Below, one piece after another: positions 36,639 to 50,220 of a stretch of DNA of 64,000 nt (the stretch's first letter is position 1; every line of letters starts with the position of its first letter). The notes beneath the pieces were generated by a model. The model saw nothing but the letters and a program-made list of their open reading frames with translations, did no database searches and was not told the DNA's origin. Origin of the DNA: Octopus bimaculoides. Its lineage: Eukaryota. Both the position numbers and the translations under genes were made by a program. The DNA lies in NCBI RefSeq assembly GCF_001194135.2, contig NC_068983.1, positions 29,292,512 through 29,356,511 on the forward strand. Reading direction: 5' to 3'.

Positions 36639-39465
36639 TTAGAATTATATTATTGTCATCACTGTCATCATTTGCCATCTGTATTCCATGCTGACATGGG
36701 TTGGACTGTTTAACAAGATCTAACAACTCAGAGGACTGTGTTGAGCTCCAATATTTGTTTTGACATTGTTTCTGCTGCCAGATGCCTTTCCTATTGCCAA
36801 CTACTTTACAGAGTGTGCTAGGAGCCTCTTTTGTGTCACTGACACTACGAGATCTCCAAGAAAAGAACCCTAGCTTAAGGAGGCGGGGGGCATTGTATTG
36901 AGGAAAGTGACTTATATCAGATGTTGAAGAGCATGACTATGACAGTGGAATACATGGCTACCCTGGTTAGAAAAGGAGAGGAGATGGTGGTGATGAGATG
37001 AAAGGATGTACCGTCAATGTACAAGAAGGTGAATGGGATGAGAGGATCAGGTAAGTTTACAAGAGTGTAAGGTAAGCAACAGATGATTAGAAGCAGGGAA
37101 TATGGAGTGGAGATCACAGGTGATGCAGTGAATAGTAAACAGAAAAGGGGGTCATAGTCAATAGTGAATATCAATGAAGGAGAGGGAGAAGCAGAAAGGA
37201 GTGGGTCAGGGATGAAGGGGTGATACATGGTAGTACGAAAAAGAAAGATGTATACATTTTATGTAAACTATACTTATGCATGCCTTAGTCAACAAAGAAC
37301 CAAAAATATTTTCTTTCACTTTCCCAATATTTTTCTTATAATCCATTTGTTGTACTTGTTTGATCATAATCAAGTGATTTAATATGAGTTCAGATGTTGA
37401 AAATTAAAACAAATCATTGTAGAGTCCAGATGGTTAATCCATATTACTCCATAAGGAGGGTCAGTTTCCTGGTTTCTCTGGCATATATATTCCTCCCTGG
37501 ATGGAACGCCAGTCCATTGCAGGATTAATCATTTTTACCAGCCGAGTGGACTGGAGATAAAGTGTTTTGCTCAAGAACACAACACATTGCCCAGTTCAGG
37601 AACCAAAATCATAATCTTATGATCAGGAGTCCAACGCCCTAACCTCTAAGCCATGCACCTCCATGATTGAGTCAAGATAGTTATATAAAACACACACACA
37701 AACATATATACTTTTGTTTTATTTTGTGACTTGTGTTGTTATACTCTCAAGTATCAACAAATGTTGGCATATATTTACAACCTGGTCACTGACTTCCACT
37801 GCACCCCAAATATGTTCACTGTATAAATAAACATATTATAAACATCCAATCAAATATAATATTGTTTTCTTCCCATGGGAGCCTTTCACATGACAATGAT
37901 GTTTGCTCTTTGCATTTGGTCACATGATATACTTCATCTATCTCAGGGTGTTTATCATTTTCAGTGGCAGTGTCTCTTTCTACTTTCTTTCTCCCTTTAT
38001 GTTGCAGCACTTGTTCTTTTCTAACCCCACCCTCTCTCTCTAGCCAGGCTCCATATCTCTCCTGCTGTTCCATTCACCCATCCTATTTATGCATGAACAA
38101 AGAGAAAAACTGGTTATAAGAAGAATTGTTTGTAGAGTGCAAGAGAGAAGACTGTACTGATATGGACATGTGGGGAACCTATGAACGAGGAAGACCAAGA
38201 AGACATAGAAGCAAAGCGAAAAGTGATCTCAGGAAGGTGAACCTCTGGGAGGAAATGACAAAGGTCTGTAACAAGTGATGAGACAGTGTGCTAGAGAAAA
38301 CCCTGTCCAGGTCGTGTCATCACCATCATCATCTCATTTTCATTTCATACCTGTTTTCCATGCTGGCATGGGTTGAACTGTAAGCCAGAGGGCTGTACCA
38401 AGCTCTAATGACTGATTTGGCATGGTTTGTATGACAGAATGCCCTTCCTAACACTAACCACTTCACAGAATGTACTGGGCACATTTTACGTGACACTGAC
38501 GCATAGGTATGGAAAAGCCAATATAATGGTGATGACAATATTGCTGATGATGATTATGATTTCATCCAATAAATGACTATTAGGATATTTTTAGGTAGTA
38601 AATTCAGATAGATTTTTATGATGGTTAAAGCAATAGAAGAGAATCTGGGCAATTATTTTTTACCGATTAGAACTGCCGGAAATAAATACTGAAATTAGAT
38701 GATAGGTACAACATGGCAGATTTGCCCTGTAATTCAGTAATTCAGTTAAATCTAATTTTGTACAGATGTAAACAGTGATAAATTTATTCAATAAAATTCA
38801 GAATGAACATCTTGGAGTGAAGAGGATTCTTTTGTTTTGGAGGCAACCACAGTGCTGATGTCATGATAAACTGTAAAATTGTTGATGATATGAATGAACA
38901 ATGTATTTAATCTTGTTGAAGTGTAACAATCTCTCTGGTAGTGGGTTCCACAAAAAAGGGCATCTAGTACACTCTGTAAAATGGTTGGTGCTATGAAAGT
39001 CATCATCATCATTTAACGTCAGTTAGATGGTTTGACCTGGGCTGGTAAGCTGGAAGACTGCACCAGACTCCAGTCTGATTTGGCATGGTTTTCTACAGCT
39101 GGATCCCCTTCCTAACACCAACCACTCTGAGAGTGTTATGGGTGCTTTCATGTGCCACCAGTTGTAAAATTGTAAAAACCATATCAAATGAAACTTAAGT
39201 GAGATGTGGTCCCACAACAAATCTAGAAGGGTAGTAACTCTGTGAGGGAGGGTAGCAGTTGATACAGACTGTGACAAACACCCAACTCATTAGCAGTATA
39301 GAAAACGAACACAAAAATGATGATGATGATAATCATCATCATCACCTATACAATATGATAATTTTATGGAAATTAACAAAATACCAGAGTTTAAAAAAGG
39401 TTAACTGAATCATTTGAATTCTCAGACAGCATAAATTACATATTTAAGTTATCAGCTCATGTTAA

Positions 39466-39496
<31 letters not shown>

Positions 39497-39590
39497 GGAT
39501 TTTACAGAATTACTTTTAACACAACATCTTAATGTTTCAAAAACATAAAAATTGAGAGCCTTTCTTATTCTAATAGCATGAAATAATTAC

Positions 39591-39750
39591 CTCCAATTTT
39601 CACAACGGAATCTAGTGATACCATGCAATTTCTGGCAGCTAAATCTCGGTGGACATACTTTTTATCAGCCAAGTAAGCCATACCGTCAGCAACTTCTACA
39701 GCCATACACAAAGTCTGATGTAGTGTTAGGGGTTTACGACCATCGTATTC
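39591..39750 (-). CDS. INSR: INSR catalytic-loop exon ([53 protein letters not shown])
   Basis: ttctag| ... |gtaatt; 160 nt, phase 0->1. Confidence 0.97.
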
Positions 39751-40446
39751 CTAGAAATAATTAAAAAAATAAGTTAATAGAATTTCCCACAAATACAATA
39801 AAAACTTCTCAACAAAACATATCTTTAAACCAATCAACTGAAATTAATTAAGATCCATGGAAATTAGAATACTGCTCGGTTATTTAGAACCTCTCTCTGT
39901 CAGGGTTGACCATATTTCTGCACATGCATGCAGATGGCTTGGGCAAGGTTGTTTTTCTTTTCCTGCCTTTTGTGGAAAACTGGCAGTTGCCCTATATGCA
40001 AGTTCCCTCTCTCCACATCACTAATGTTGTCCAAAGAGAAAGCCACTGCTTTAGGGCTTAGCATCAGTGTCATCATGGGTATAACTGTCAGAAAGCAAAG
40101 AGCCAAATGGATAGCTGAAGAAACCCCTCCCATCCAAATATTCCAACTGTTCTTCTAATCCACTATCATGGAATAATACATTTTCATCAACCCTGAAAGG
40201 ATAAACGCAAAATTGACCATGGCAGGATCAGAACTTTAGTCTACTTGGTGTGTGTAGGGGATCATCATCATCATCATCATCATCATCGTTTAACGTCCGC
40301 TTTCCATGCTAGCATGGGTTGGACGATTTGACTGAGGATTGGTGAAACCGGATGGCAACACCAGGCTGGGCTCAAAAAGGCCATGGCCACTGCCCTTCCT
40401 CTTTAGTGTAAGAAAAAGGTGAATAAAACGAAACATTTTTTCTTAC

Positions 40447-40463
40447 CTCGTCATCGGGCCTAT
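40447..40463 (-). CDS. INSR: 3' end of an INSR kinase exon (..RPDDE); remainder inside the N-gap
   Basis: xAT AGG CCC GAT GAC GAG|gtaaga abuts the gap; matches the INSR LRPEAE position and phase 0 of the next exon. Confidence 0.85.
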
Positions 40464-41067
40464 NNNNNNNNNNNNNNNNNNNNNNNNNNNNNNNNNNNNN
40501 NNNNNNNNNNNNNNNNNNNNNNNNNNNNNNNNNNNNNNNNNNNNNNNNNNNNNNNNNNNNNNNNNNNNNNNNNNNNNNNNNNNNNNNNNNNNNNNNNNNN
40601 NNNNNNNNNNNNNNNNNNNNNNNNNNNNNNNNNNNNNNNNNNNNNNNNNNNNNNNNNNNNNNNNNNNNNNNNNNNNNNNNNNNNNNNNNNNNNNNNNNNN
40701 NNNNNNNNNNNNNNNNNNNNNNNNNNNNNNNNNNNNNNNNNNNNNNNNNNNNNNNNNNNNNNNNNNNNNNNNNNNNNNNNNNNNNNNNNNNNNNNNNNNN
40801 NNNNNNNNNNNNNNNNNNNNNNNNNNNNNNNNNNNNNNNNNNNNNNNNNNNNNNNNNNNNNNNNNNNNNNNNNNNNNNNNNNNNNNNNNNNNNNNNNNNN
40901 NNNNNNNNNNNNNNNNNNNNNNNNNNNNNNNNNNNNNNNNNNNNNNNNNNNNNNNNNNNNNNNNNNNNNNNNNNNNNNNNNNNNNNNNNNNNNNNNNNNN
41001 NNNNNNNNNNNNNNNNNNNNNNNNNNNNNNNNNNNNNNNNNNNNNNNNNNNNNNNNNNNNNNNNNNN
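40464..41067. other. Assembly gap (others: 2157-2393, 5497-6011, 13202-14192, 28412-29297, 44603-44909, 63014-63568)
   Basis: Runs of N, mostly beside (AT)n tracts. Confidence 1.
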
Positions 41068-41982
41068 ACTTAATTTATCAACTCCGAAAGGATGTAAGGC
41101 AAAGTCGACCTCGGCGGAATTTGAACTCAGAACATAAAGACAGGCAAAATACCACTAAGCATTTCACCCGCTGTGCTAACGTTTCTTATTCCTTTATTTC
41201 CCACTAGGGGCTAAACATAGAGGGGACAAACAAGGACAGACAAAGGGATTAAGTCGATTACATCAACCCCAGTGCATAACTGGTACTTAACTTATCGACC
41301 CCGAAAGGATGAAAGGCAAAGTCAACCTCGGAGGAAGTTGAACTCAGAATGTAGCAGCAGACGAAATACTGCTAAGCATTTAGCCCGGCATGCTAACGTT
41401 TCTGCCAGCTCACCGCCTTAGGAACTGTTTTATCGTTCCTACAACTTCTTAGCAATACTTTCGCCTGAACAGTATCTATTAACTAAAATTATGGTCATTC
41501 TTGCAAGGAAGGGACACTGTCCATTAAATGAATCCCAGTACATTGGCTTCAAAAACTATTGAACATCTCCAAAGCCAATTTTCTTTTGGTAATGTGTACA
41601 AAGAGCAGGGACATGGGTGAAGCCTGATGACCTGCGCTAACAAGAAATTCCATGTTTACAAGGTTGGTTCCAGGTCCCATCCAAACCCTTTTAAAGAAGG
41701 TGGTTCAAAAGTTTCCCAATGCCCTCTCAGGCCAGGAGTGTGTGGTTCCAGACCAATTATCCTGCTGCCCGAAGAAGAGCTTTCTTCACCAAATACTGAC
41801 CTGGAGATAATGAGACAAATCATTATCATCACTGTTTTACAACAATTTGTTTTTTTCCATATTGACATAGACTGGATGGATATGTTCCAGACCAGCACCT
41901 TACCATTCGTTGCAGTTCTGCCTCATCTGACCCAAAGAACAACCGAGAAAACTACCAATCTTTCTTGTAGTTACGCATCATC

Positions 41983-42298
41983 ATCATCGTTTAACGTCCG
42001 CTTTCCATGCTAGCATGGGTTGGACGATTTGACTGAGGACTGGCGAACCAGATGGCTACACCAGGCTCCAATCTGATTTGGCAGAGTTTCTACAGCTAGA
42101 TGCCCTTCCTAATGCCAAGAGTATAGTGGGTGTTTTTACGTGTCACCAGTACGAAGGCCAGTCAGACAGTACTGGCAACAGCCACGCTCAAAATGGTATA
42201 TTTTATGTGCCACCTGCGCAGGAGCCAGTTCGGTGGCACTGGCAACGATCTCGCTCGAATGTCTTTACACGTGCCACCGGCACAAGTGCCAGGAAGGT
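41983..42298 (-). mobile_element. Repeat family C with (GAT)n tail and GTGCCA/TGGCAC-rich internal arrays; also 21255-21436, 40261-40370, 44910-45083 (+), 46355-46780
   Basis: Shared (CAT)n-CGTTTAACGTCCGCTTTCCATGCTAGCATGGG core. Confidence 0.8.
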
Positions 42299-42378
42299 GC
42301 ATTATTAAAATGTAGGAATCTTTGTACTCATTTGAAATATTAACAAAACTGATAGAAATGGATCTGAGGAATACTTAC

Positions 42379-42431
42379 TTCATAACTGTAGCTTCCTTTA
42401 AAAAGCTATGGCGATCGGCAGACATTGCTGT
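42379..42431 (-). CDS. INSR: INSR alphaC-helix exon (TAMSADRHSFLKEATVMK)
   Basis: ttacag| ... |gtaagt; 53 nt, phase 0->2; FLxEAxVMK motif. Confidence 0.92.
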
Positions 42432-43854
42432 CTGTAAGTAGAAGAATGAAATATTTTCCAGAAAATCAGCAAACAGGAATCATTAAATAGAACAAGAATG
42501 AATATTAATAGACATGCTTAATGTTTATTAGTAATACTACTAAGTAATACTACTAGAAGAAACTTGCCCAAAGTGCAGTGATGTGAGACTGAACCCAAAA
42601 CCACATGGTTGCAAAGCAAGATTTTTTAACCACACAGCCAAGATATTTACAAGCAATATATAACTGTCTGAGATGAATTACTCTTTATAAAATTTTAATT
42701 CTCCAGCCTTTAAGATGGGGAAAAAAAGTATCTATAATATGTTTCTTTCAGTTTGATCTAATGATTGTTGCTAGTCATCATATTCTCTTTTACTCTTTTA
42801 TATGTTTCAGTCATTTGACTGTGGCCATGCTGGAGCACCGCCTTTAGTCGAGCAAATCGACCCCAGGACTTATTCTTTGTAAGCCTAGTACTTATTCTAT
42901 CGGTCTCTTTTGCCGAACCACTAAGTGACAGGGACATAAACACACAAACATCAGTTGTCAAGCAATGCTACGGGGACAAACACATATACATACATATATA
43001 CGACGGGCTTCTTTCAGTTTCCGTCTACCAAATCCACTCACAAGGCTTTGGTCGGCCCGAGGCTATAGTAGAAGACACTTGCCCAAGATGCTACGCAGTG
43101 GGACTGAACCCAGAACCATGTGGTTGGTAAGCAAGCTACTTACCACACAGCCACCTCTGCGCCTATAAAATTCCTTTAAAATTTCGTTTATAAACTAAGG
43201 ATAGCAAACTTAGTTTAAACTAGGTGGCTGATTTGTTCTTAATGAAAGAGGCGGAAAGAAAATCAAGATTGAATTTCTTGATGCAATCCAATATTTTGTT
43301 GATTTAAGCAGGTACAACATTTCATATAAAGGAGTAAGATCTTATGAAAGGCATACAAGGTGTTCATAAAATGTAAGAAACTACTTAGAATCAAAGTAAT
43401 TTTAACTCCTGATAATTGCTACTAACACTAGATCAACATGTATGTCATTTACCAGTTCAACTTGAATATTACTTAACTAATACATTTCTGTTTCTAAATA
43501 ATTTCACTATTTCTTTTCCTAAATTATATCATCTATATTTAGACTTATTTGTAATGTATTCATTGAAGAACAGGTGATCATCATTATCCTTATCACCATT
43601 TAATGCCCATTTTCTATGCTGGCATGGGTTGGATGGTTTGATAAAAGCTGGCAAGGCCAGGAGCCACACCAGGTTACAATTGTTTGTTTTGGTATGGTTT
43701 CTACAGCCGGATGCCCTCCCTAACACCAACCACTTTACTCAGTGTAAATAAGAATACCATTTAAAAAAAAGCTAACTTGTCACAAAGGATGTATACTGAT
43801 CAACACCAATTAAAGGATTCTTTGAAAGGGAAATAGGGAGATTTTTATAATTAC

Positions 43855-43997
43855 CTTTACTGCAACTGTGATACCTTTTTCATCGTCTCCACTTGTAAAG
43901 AGGATACCTTCATAAACCATACCGAAAGAACCTTGACCAAGTTCTCTAATTAGACTAATCATATCTCGATCCAGTTCAGTTTCATCAGGTTCATAAA
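43855..43997 (-). CDS. INSR: INSR kinase N-lobe exon (YEPDETELDRDMISLIRELGQGSFGMVYEGILFTSGDDEKGITVAVK)
   Basis: ttgtag| ... |gtaatt; 143 nt, phase 1->0; Gly-rich loop and VAVK lysine. Confidence 0.96.
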
Positions 43998-46900
43998 CTA
44001 CAACAAAAGAAGTTGAAAGGTAATCAATGTTTCAATTAATACTTAGAAATCATAACTATAACTAATAAAATTAATATTCCCAAATCAATTGAATATTTAA
44101 TTTATAACTTTAACATGTGTTTGATGTGGGTAAAAATAGTAAATACACATCATATAGACACCAGTGGTTCTCACACTCTTTGATTTTAGCTTCCTTCTGA
44201 AATAAAATTACCTCAGCAGTGTCCTCATACAGGATATTATTAGTTTGAAAGAAGAAAAATATTTTACCATTTGGCAATGCTTATTAAATATCACAATATC
44301 ATGAATTATTTATGGTAACTCACAAAAATAACCAATTTTTATGCAGTAAAAATCTATGTATTACTTTTTTACTCGCTTCAGTCATTTGACTGTGGCCATG
44401 CTGGAGCACTGCATTTAGTCGAGCAAATTAACCCCAGGACTTATTCTTTGTAAGCCTAATACTTATTCTATCGGTCTCTTTTTGCTGAACCGCTAAGTTA
44501 CGGGGACGTAAACACACCAGCCTTGGTTGTCAAGCAAAGTTGGGGGGACAAACACAGACACACAAACATACACATATATATATATATGTATGTATATATA
44601 TANNNNNNNNNNNNNNNNNNNNNNNNNNNNNNNNNNNNNNNNNNNNNNNNNNNNNNNNNNNNNNNNNNNNNNNNNNNNNNNNNNNNNNNNNNNNNNNNNN
44701 NNNNNNNNNNNNNNNNNNNNNNNNNNNNNNNNNNNNNNNNNNNNNNNNNNNNNNNNNNNNNNNNNNNNNNNNNNNNNNNNNNNNNNNNNNNNNNNNNNNN
44801 NNNNNNNNNNNNNNNNNNNNNNNNNNNNNNNNNNNNNNNNNNNNNNNNNNNNNNNNNNNNNNNNNNNNNNNNNNNNNNNNNNNNNNNNNNNNNNNNNNNN
44901 NNNNNNNNNCTACACTCTCTGAGTGGTTGGCGTTAGGAAGGGCATCAAGCTGTAGAAACTCTGCCAAATCAGACTGGAGCCTGGTGTTGCCATCCGGTTT
45001 CACCAGTCCTCAGTCAAATCGTCCAACCCATGCTAGCATGGAAAGCGGACGTTAAACGATGATGATGATGATGATGATGATGATATATATACGATGGGCT
45101 TCTTTCAGTTTCCGTCTACCAAATCCACTCACAAGGCTTTGGTTGGCCCGAGGCTATAGCAGAAGACCAAGGTGCCACGCAGTGGGACTGAACTCAGAAT
45201 CATGTAGTTGGTAAGCAAGCTACTTACCACACAGCCACCCCTGCGCAAACAAAATTCTGTAAAAATACAGATGTGCAGAGGTTTTATAAAAGTACTAAAG
45301 TATAAGGACTGCCAAAAATAAACTTTTGTATACATTATCTACAAAAGATAATTTTTTTTTACAAACATAAAATCTAGTAACAAAAACAATCCTTATAATT
45401 AGTACTTTATCCAATGTCAGCTTTGTAGCTGATACAAACTTGCAATCTTTTCGGTATCTGGTCGCAGTGTTCTTGCTGTCAACTAAACATCACCTCTCCT
45501 TACAATACCAAAGCAGTTACAACCTTTTGATAGTTGGTAACTCACCTAGTAACGACTAAATTCAACAAGGTAAGTAAGGAAAGCAACAGCATATATTTTC
45601 CCATAAGTTTTATTTGTCATCTTTGAATCTAGCCTGAACAATCTTATGATACTATAACTCAATAAGGTTTCCCTCTGTCGTTGTTGTCGGCACTCCGTCA
45701 CTTACGATGTCGAGGGTTCCAGTTGATCCGATGAACGGAACAGCCTGCTCGTGAAATAAACATGCAAGTGGCTGAGCACTCCACAGACACGTGTACCCTT
45801 AATGTAGTTTTCGAGGATATTCAGCGTGACACAGTGTGACAAGGCTGACCTTTTGAATTACAGGCACAACAGAAACAGGAAGTAAGAGTGAGAGAAAGTT
45901 GTGGTGAAAGAGTACAGCACGGTTCGCCACCATCCCCTGCCGGAGCCTCGTGGAGCTTTAGGTGTTTTCGCTCAATAAACACTCACAACGTACGGTCTGG
46001 GAATCAAAACCGCGAGTCTGCTGCCCTAACCACTGGGCCATTGCGCCTCCACAGTTTTCCTCTGTTATGCCAACACTAGTTGCATTTACCTCAAATGGAT
46101 CCACCACTCAACTGAAGATGCTCATCACAAGCAAATCATTGAACTGAAGTTTCATATTGGAAAGAAAACAATTAGTAAAAGCTGAACATTGTCATGCTTT
46201 TATCTCTAAAAATTCAGCACATAATTATATCATTTCTATAATAACAGTCTTAATTTCTTTGATTTTATCCAAAGAGAATTTCTACAGTATCTTTTATTAT
46301 TAATGTTTTGAATGCAGCATATTATATCATAATGGAAACCTATCATTGTAAATATCATCATCATCGTTTAACGTCCACTTTCCATGCTAGCATGGGTTGG
46401 ACGATTTGACTGAGGACTGGTGAACTGGATGGCTGCACCAGGCTTCAATCTGATCTGGCAGAATTTCTACAGCCCTTCCTAATGCCAACCACTCCGAGAG
46501 TGTAGTGGGTGCTTTTACGTGCCACCAGCATGAGGGCCAGTCAGGCAGTACTGACAACGGCCAGCTTAAAATGGTGTTTTTTACGTGCCATCTGCACAAG
46601 AGCCAGTCCAGCAGCACTGGCAATGACTTTGCTCGAATGTTTTCTAATGTGCCAATAAGGCAACGCTGGTAATGATCACGCTCGAATGGTGCTATTTATG
46701 TGCCACTGGCACGGAAGCCAGGCAGCTGCTCTGGCAACGATCACGCTCAGACGGTGCTGTTAGTGCTCCACTGGCACATGTATAATGTTTTTAACTGACA
46801 GTAAACTGTTCCATGAGGTACGAAAAAAAATGAGTATCAAAGTAAGTATTGCAATGTTTTCAGTTCCAAAAGGATTAATGCAGTACATACTCTCTCTAAT

Positions 46901-48226
46901 GCTTCTGGCCAGCATGTTTGGAGAGTTGTCAATATTGCCAAGTACAATACAGCCAGCATGAAACCAACGCTAACATGCTGACCAGTTATATGCTATAATC
47001 AGCAATATACTACTTACTGGTCTGTCTGTCTGTCTCTCTCTCAATATATATACACACAAGCACATATAACTAAAAGTGCAAACATCTAAGTACCTAACTA
47101 TGTCAAAATTCTAGATACTAAGTTATCTAAATTCAACAGTTGCTTAATAGGCTTTTTGAAGGTTGAAATGATAATATAAACATTTCAGATCATTTAAAAT
47201 CAAATGTGCCAAAATGAATAGAGTTCAGCAACTAACTTTACATGCCTTGTCCCACATTCTTTTGCTCTTTAGTTGCAGTCAAATGTCTTCTTAGACATTC
47301 TTAAATGCAATTGTATCCTATGCGAATGTGTTCTAATTTTGTTTTAGCAGCTAAATACTACATAGTAGTAAAGTACAGTCAGAACAGATGCAGTAAAGTA
47401 CAGTCATCTGATACTCCACAGTTGTACCAATGCACTGCACTGGTACTTTTTTTATCAACCCTCAAAAGGATGATAGGTAAAAGCACCGTAGGAGGATTTG
47501 ATCATGGAGTGCAAAATATCAAAACAAAAACTGTGAGGCATTCTACCTACCAAGCATTTTAATGACACTGTAAATTCATTCTTTAACCCTTTAACCTTCA
47601 GATTATTCTGTCAAATGTAATGCTTTTTTATTCATATTGCTTTGAATTAATCATACATTATCTCATAGCTTCAAAAATTTTGATGATGTAATTGTTTATT
47701 TTTAGAACGACACTGTAAGGTAGATGTGAGAAGCCTGATCTGGCTGGTTTGAGCATAAAACATAGAATATCATGGTTGATTCAAATGCTAAAAGGTTATG
47801 GAATATATTGGTTCTATACCATACACAGGCTATATATTAACTGTTTAGCATTCACATTATTCTGACAAAAGTAATGCTAATTTATTCATACTGTTTCGAA
47901 TTAATCATGCATTATCACATAGCTTTGAGATTTTTATAAGGTAACTATTAATTAGTAGAATGGTATTGTAAGGCTGGTGTGAGAGGCCAGATCTGACCAT
48001 TTTGGCCTCTCATACCAGCCCTACAATACCATCTGGCCAGTCTGAACATTAAACAGAATATTTTAGCTAGATATGGCTGGCTTAAATGCTAAACGGTTAT
48101 GGAATACATTGGTTGTATATTATACACTGAATGTATTGTAAGGAATGGACAAATGCAAATGTTAATAAGCAATGAATTTTAATTAAAGCTCTGAAGTAAC
48201 TGAAAAACGAAAAGACTACTACTTAC

Positions 48227-48294
48227 CTTCACGAGCACTAGCATACTCTGGATTGACAGAAACATAAGAGGCTCCCTTACCCCGGCTACAGATA
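48227..48294 (-). CDS. INSR: INSR juxtamembrane exon with NPEY motif (ICSRGKGASYVSVNPEYASARE)
   Basis: ttttcag| ... |gtaagt; 68 nt, phase 2->1. Confidence 0.95.
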
Positions 48295-50220
48295 CTGAAA
48301 AGAAAAGAATGAAAATAAATAAAGTCCTTTTGAATTACATGTTAAGATACAATAAAAAAAAATGTTCATGAAGAAACTCAATTTTGATTAATTAAGGGAG
48401 AAAAAAAATTTAAATGTAAAAAAATCTGGAAGGATTTAACTCTAAAATCTGCTTTTCACAGGTAGTATTTCATTTCTATAAAATAAAACACTACACAAAC
48501 TACAGGAAGTAGTGTACCATATTTATGGTATATAAACACATCCTTCACAAGAAAAAAAAAAGTCTCAAAAATTACCCCAAGTCTTATATGTAAATTTGTG
48601 ATGCCTGTAAACTTTAATGCACCCCAAATTTTTCTTTCCTGGTTATGCATTGCTGAAACTGGGGTGCATTTAAGTTGCTTATGCCATCAAATACAGTAAT
48701 TTATGAGGAAGTCCACGAATGAATTATTTAGCCAAGTGAGTGTAAAAATCTATAAGTTTTATTAAATTTGTACTGCTAAAAAGCACGCAGAAGGACTTTC
48801 AAAGGTGATTTAGTAATTTATCAAAATGTATCATGAACATGAAGGTACAACAAAAGGATTGATTCACTACTTTTCATAAGATTTCTCTAAGAGATATTTG
48901 AGGAGGATGGTGAAGGTTCTATAAGAACACTTAATTCCCCATAACAACAGTTTTTATGGTAGACAACATGGAGAAAAATACTTGCTGAAAGAAGATGAAG
49001 AGGTAATCATTCCAGTACACTTTGTACCATTGCCAAGCTAAAGAATTTTCAAATTGCCTATAAACACTGACTTAAAAATCTTCCCAAAAAGATATGTTGC
49101 TCATCTGTCAATATTCACAGCCCCACTCAGGACAATGTTCTCCAGTAATCTCCTGCACCGTTGCTAAGAGGAAAATCCAAGCTTATTGGATGAAACAAAC
49201 TGAAAATCTTCGAGAGATTTCTGACAGTCCAGTACTTGTGTGTGGTACCTTGTGTGTTTCAATGACCCAGAGGGCTATGCTGGTGCAGTGCAAGCACCTG
49301 GTAGGGCCTCCCATACTGGACAAATCAAAGAATAGAGGCCAGACTAATATGGACCACCTCTTCCCAGAGGTAAAAATGAGTTGTGTAGAGCTAAAACACC
49401 TACCTAGATAAAAAAAAAAGGTCACGTTACAGAAGCAGTAATGGTAAGTCAAAGCCAGTAAGACTTGAGAAAAGAAGGCCTTCCCTCAGGATAATGAGCC
49501 CCTCCCCCACCTCCTTCATTCTGAAGGAGTAACCCTGACAACCTAGAGTTGAGAATAGTGGAGAAAAGTCCTCAACAGCCTATGTTTTATAGGAAGCAAA
49601 GGGCTTAAGTAAAAAATAAAATAAGTGAAATTATATTTCGACAAGCTCTAAGGATTCTTTGTTTGAACATTATTGCATGCAAGCAATCATAATCTTTGGC
49701 TGATGTTTCAGCATTATTGAATTTTGGTATCATTGTTAAGGTTGTGAAAAGCATAACTCTGAAACACATTTTTTGTTTTTTCATTTTACACTAGACTGTG
49801 GTCATGCTGCAGTTCTGCTTTCAGGAGTTACTGTTAATGATATCAAGCTAATTTCGTCTCTGTCACAAGATAAAAAAGAAAGTAAAGTAAGACCCTTGGG
49901 CCATTACTGTTTCAAGTTCTAGGACTTGTAGGGCTGGTTACCCAATTTCCATGGTGTATAAGAGACCAAGATCACAACATTACCCTTGAATGGGAAGCCA
50001 CCCAATTGCAGGGTTATTCATTTACAACTTAGTGGACTAGAGTATATGAAATGGAAGGTTTTGCTCATGATCTTGTGATCATGAGTACAATACACAAACA
50101 ATGCACCTTCACATTGTCATAGGATATGAAATGGAAAATGGACACTGACATAAGGGTAGATAACTCAGTAGGACATAGTCGCCATTACAGTATTTGTAAG
50201 AAGAAACTGGTTTTCAAACA

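Noticed and set aside
41627-42013. ORFs 41627-42013 (+) and 41656-41898 (-) as the missing kinase exon
   Set aside because: No kinase motifs; the exon end is identified at 40447-40463.
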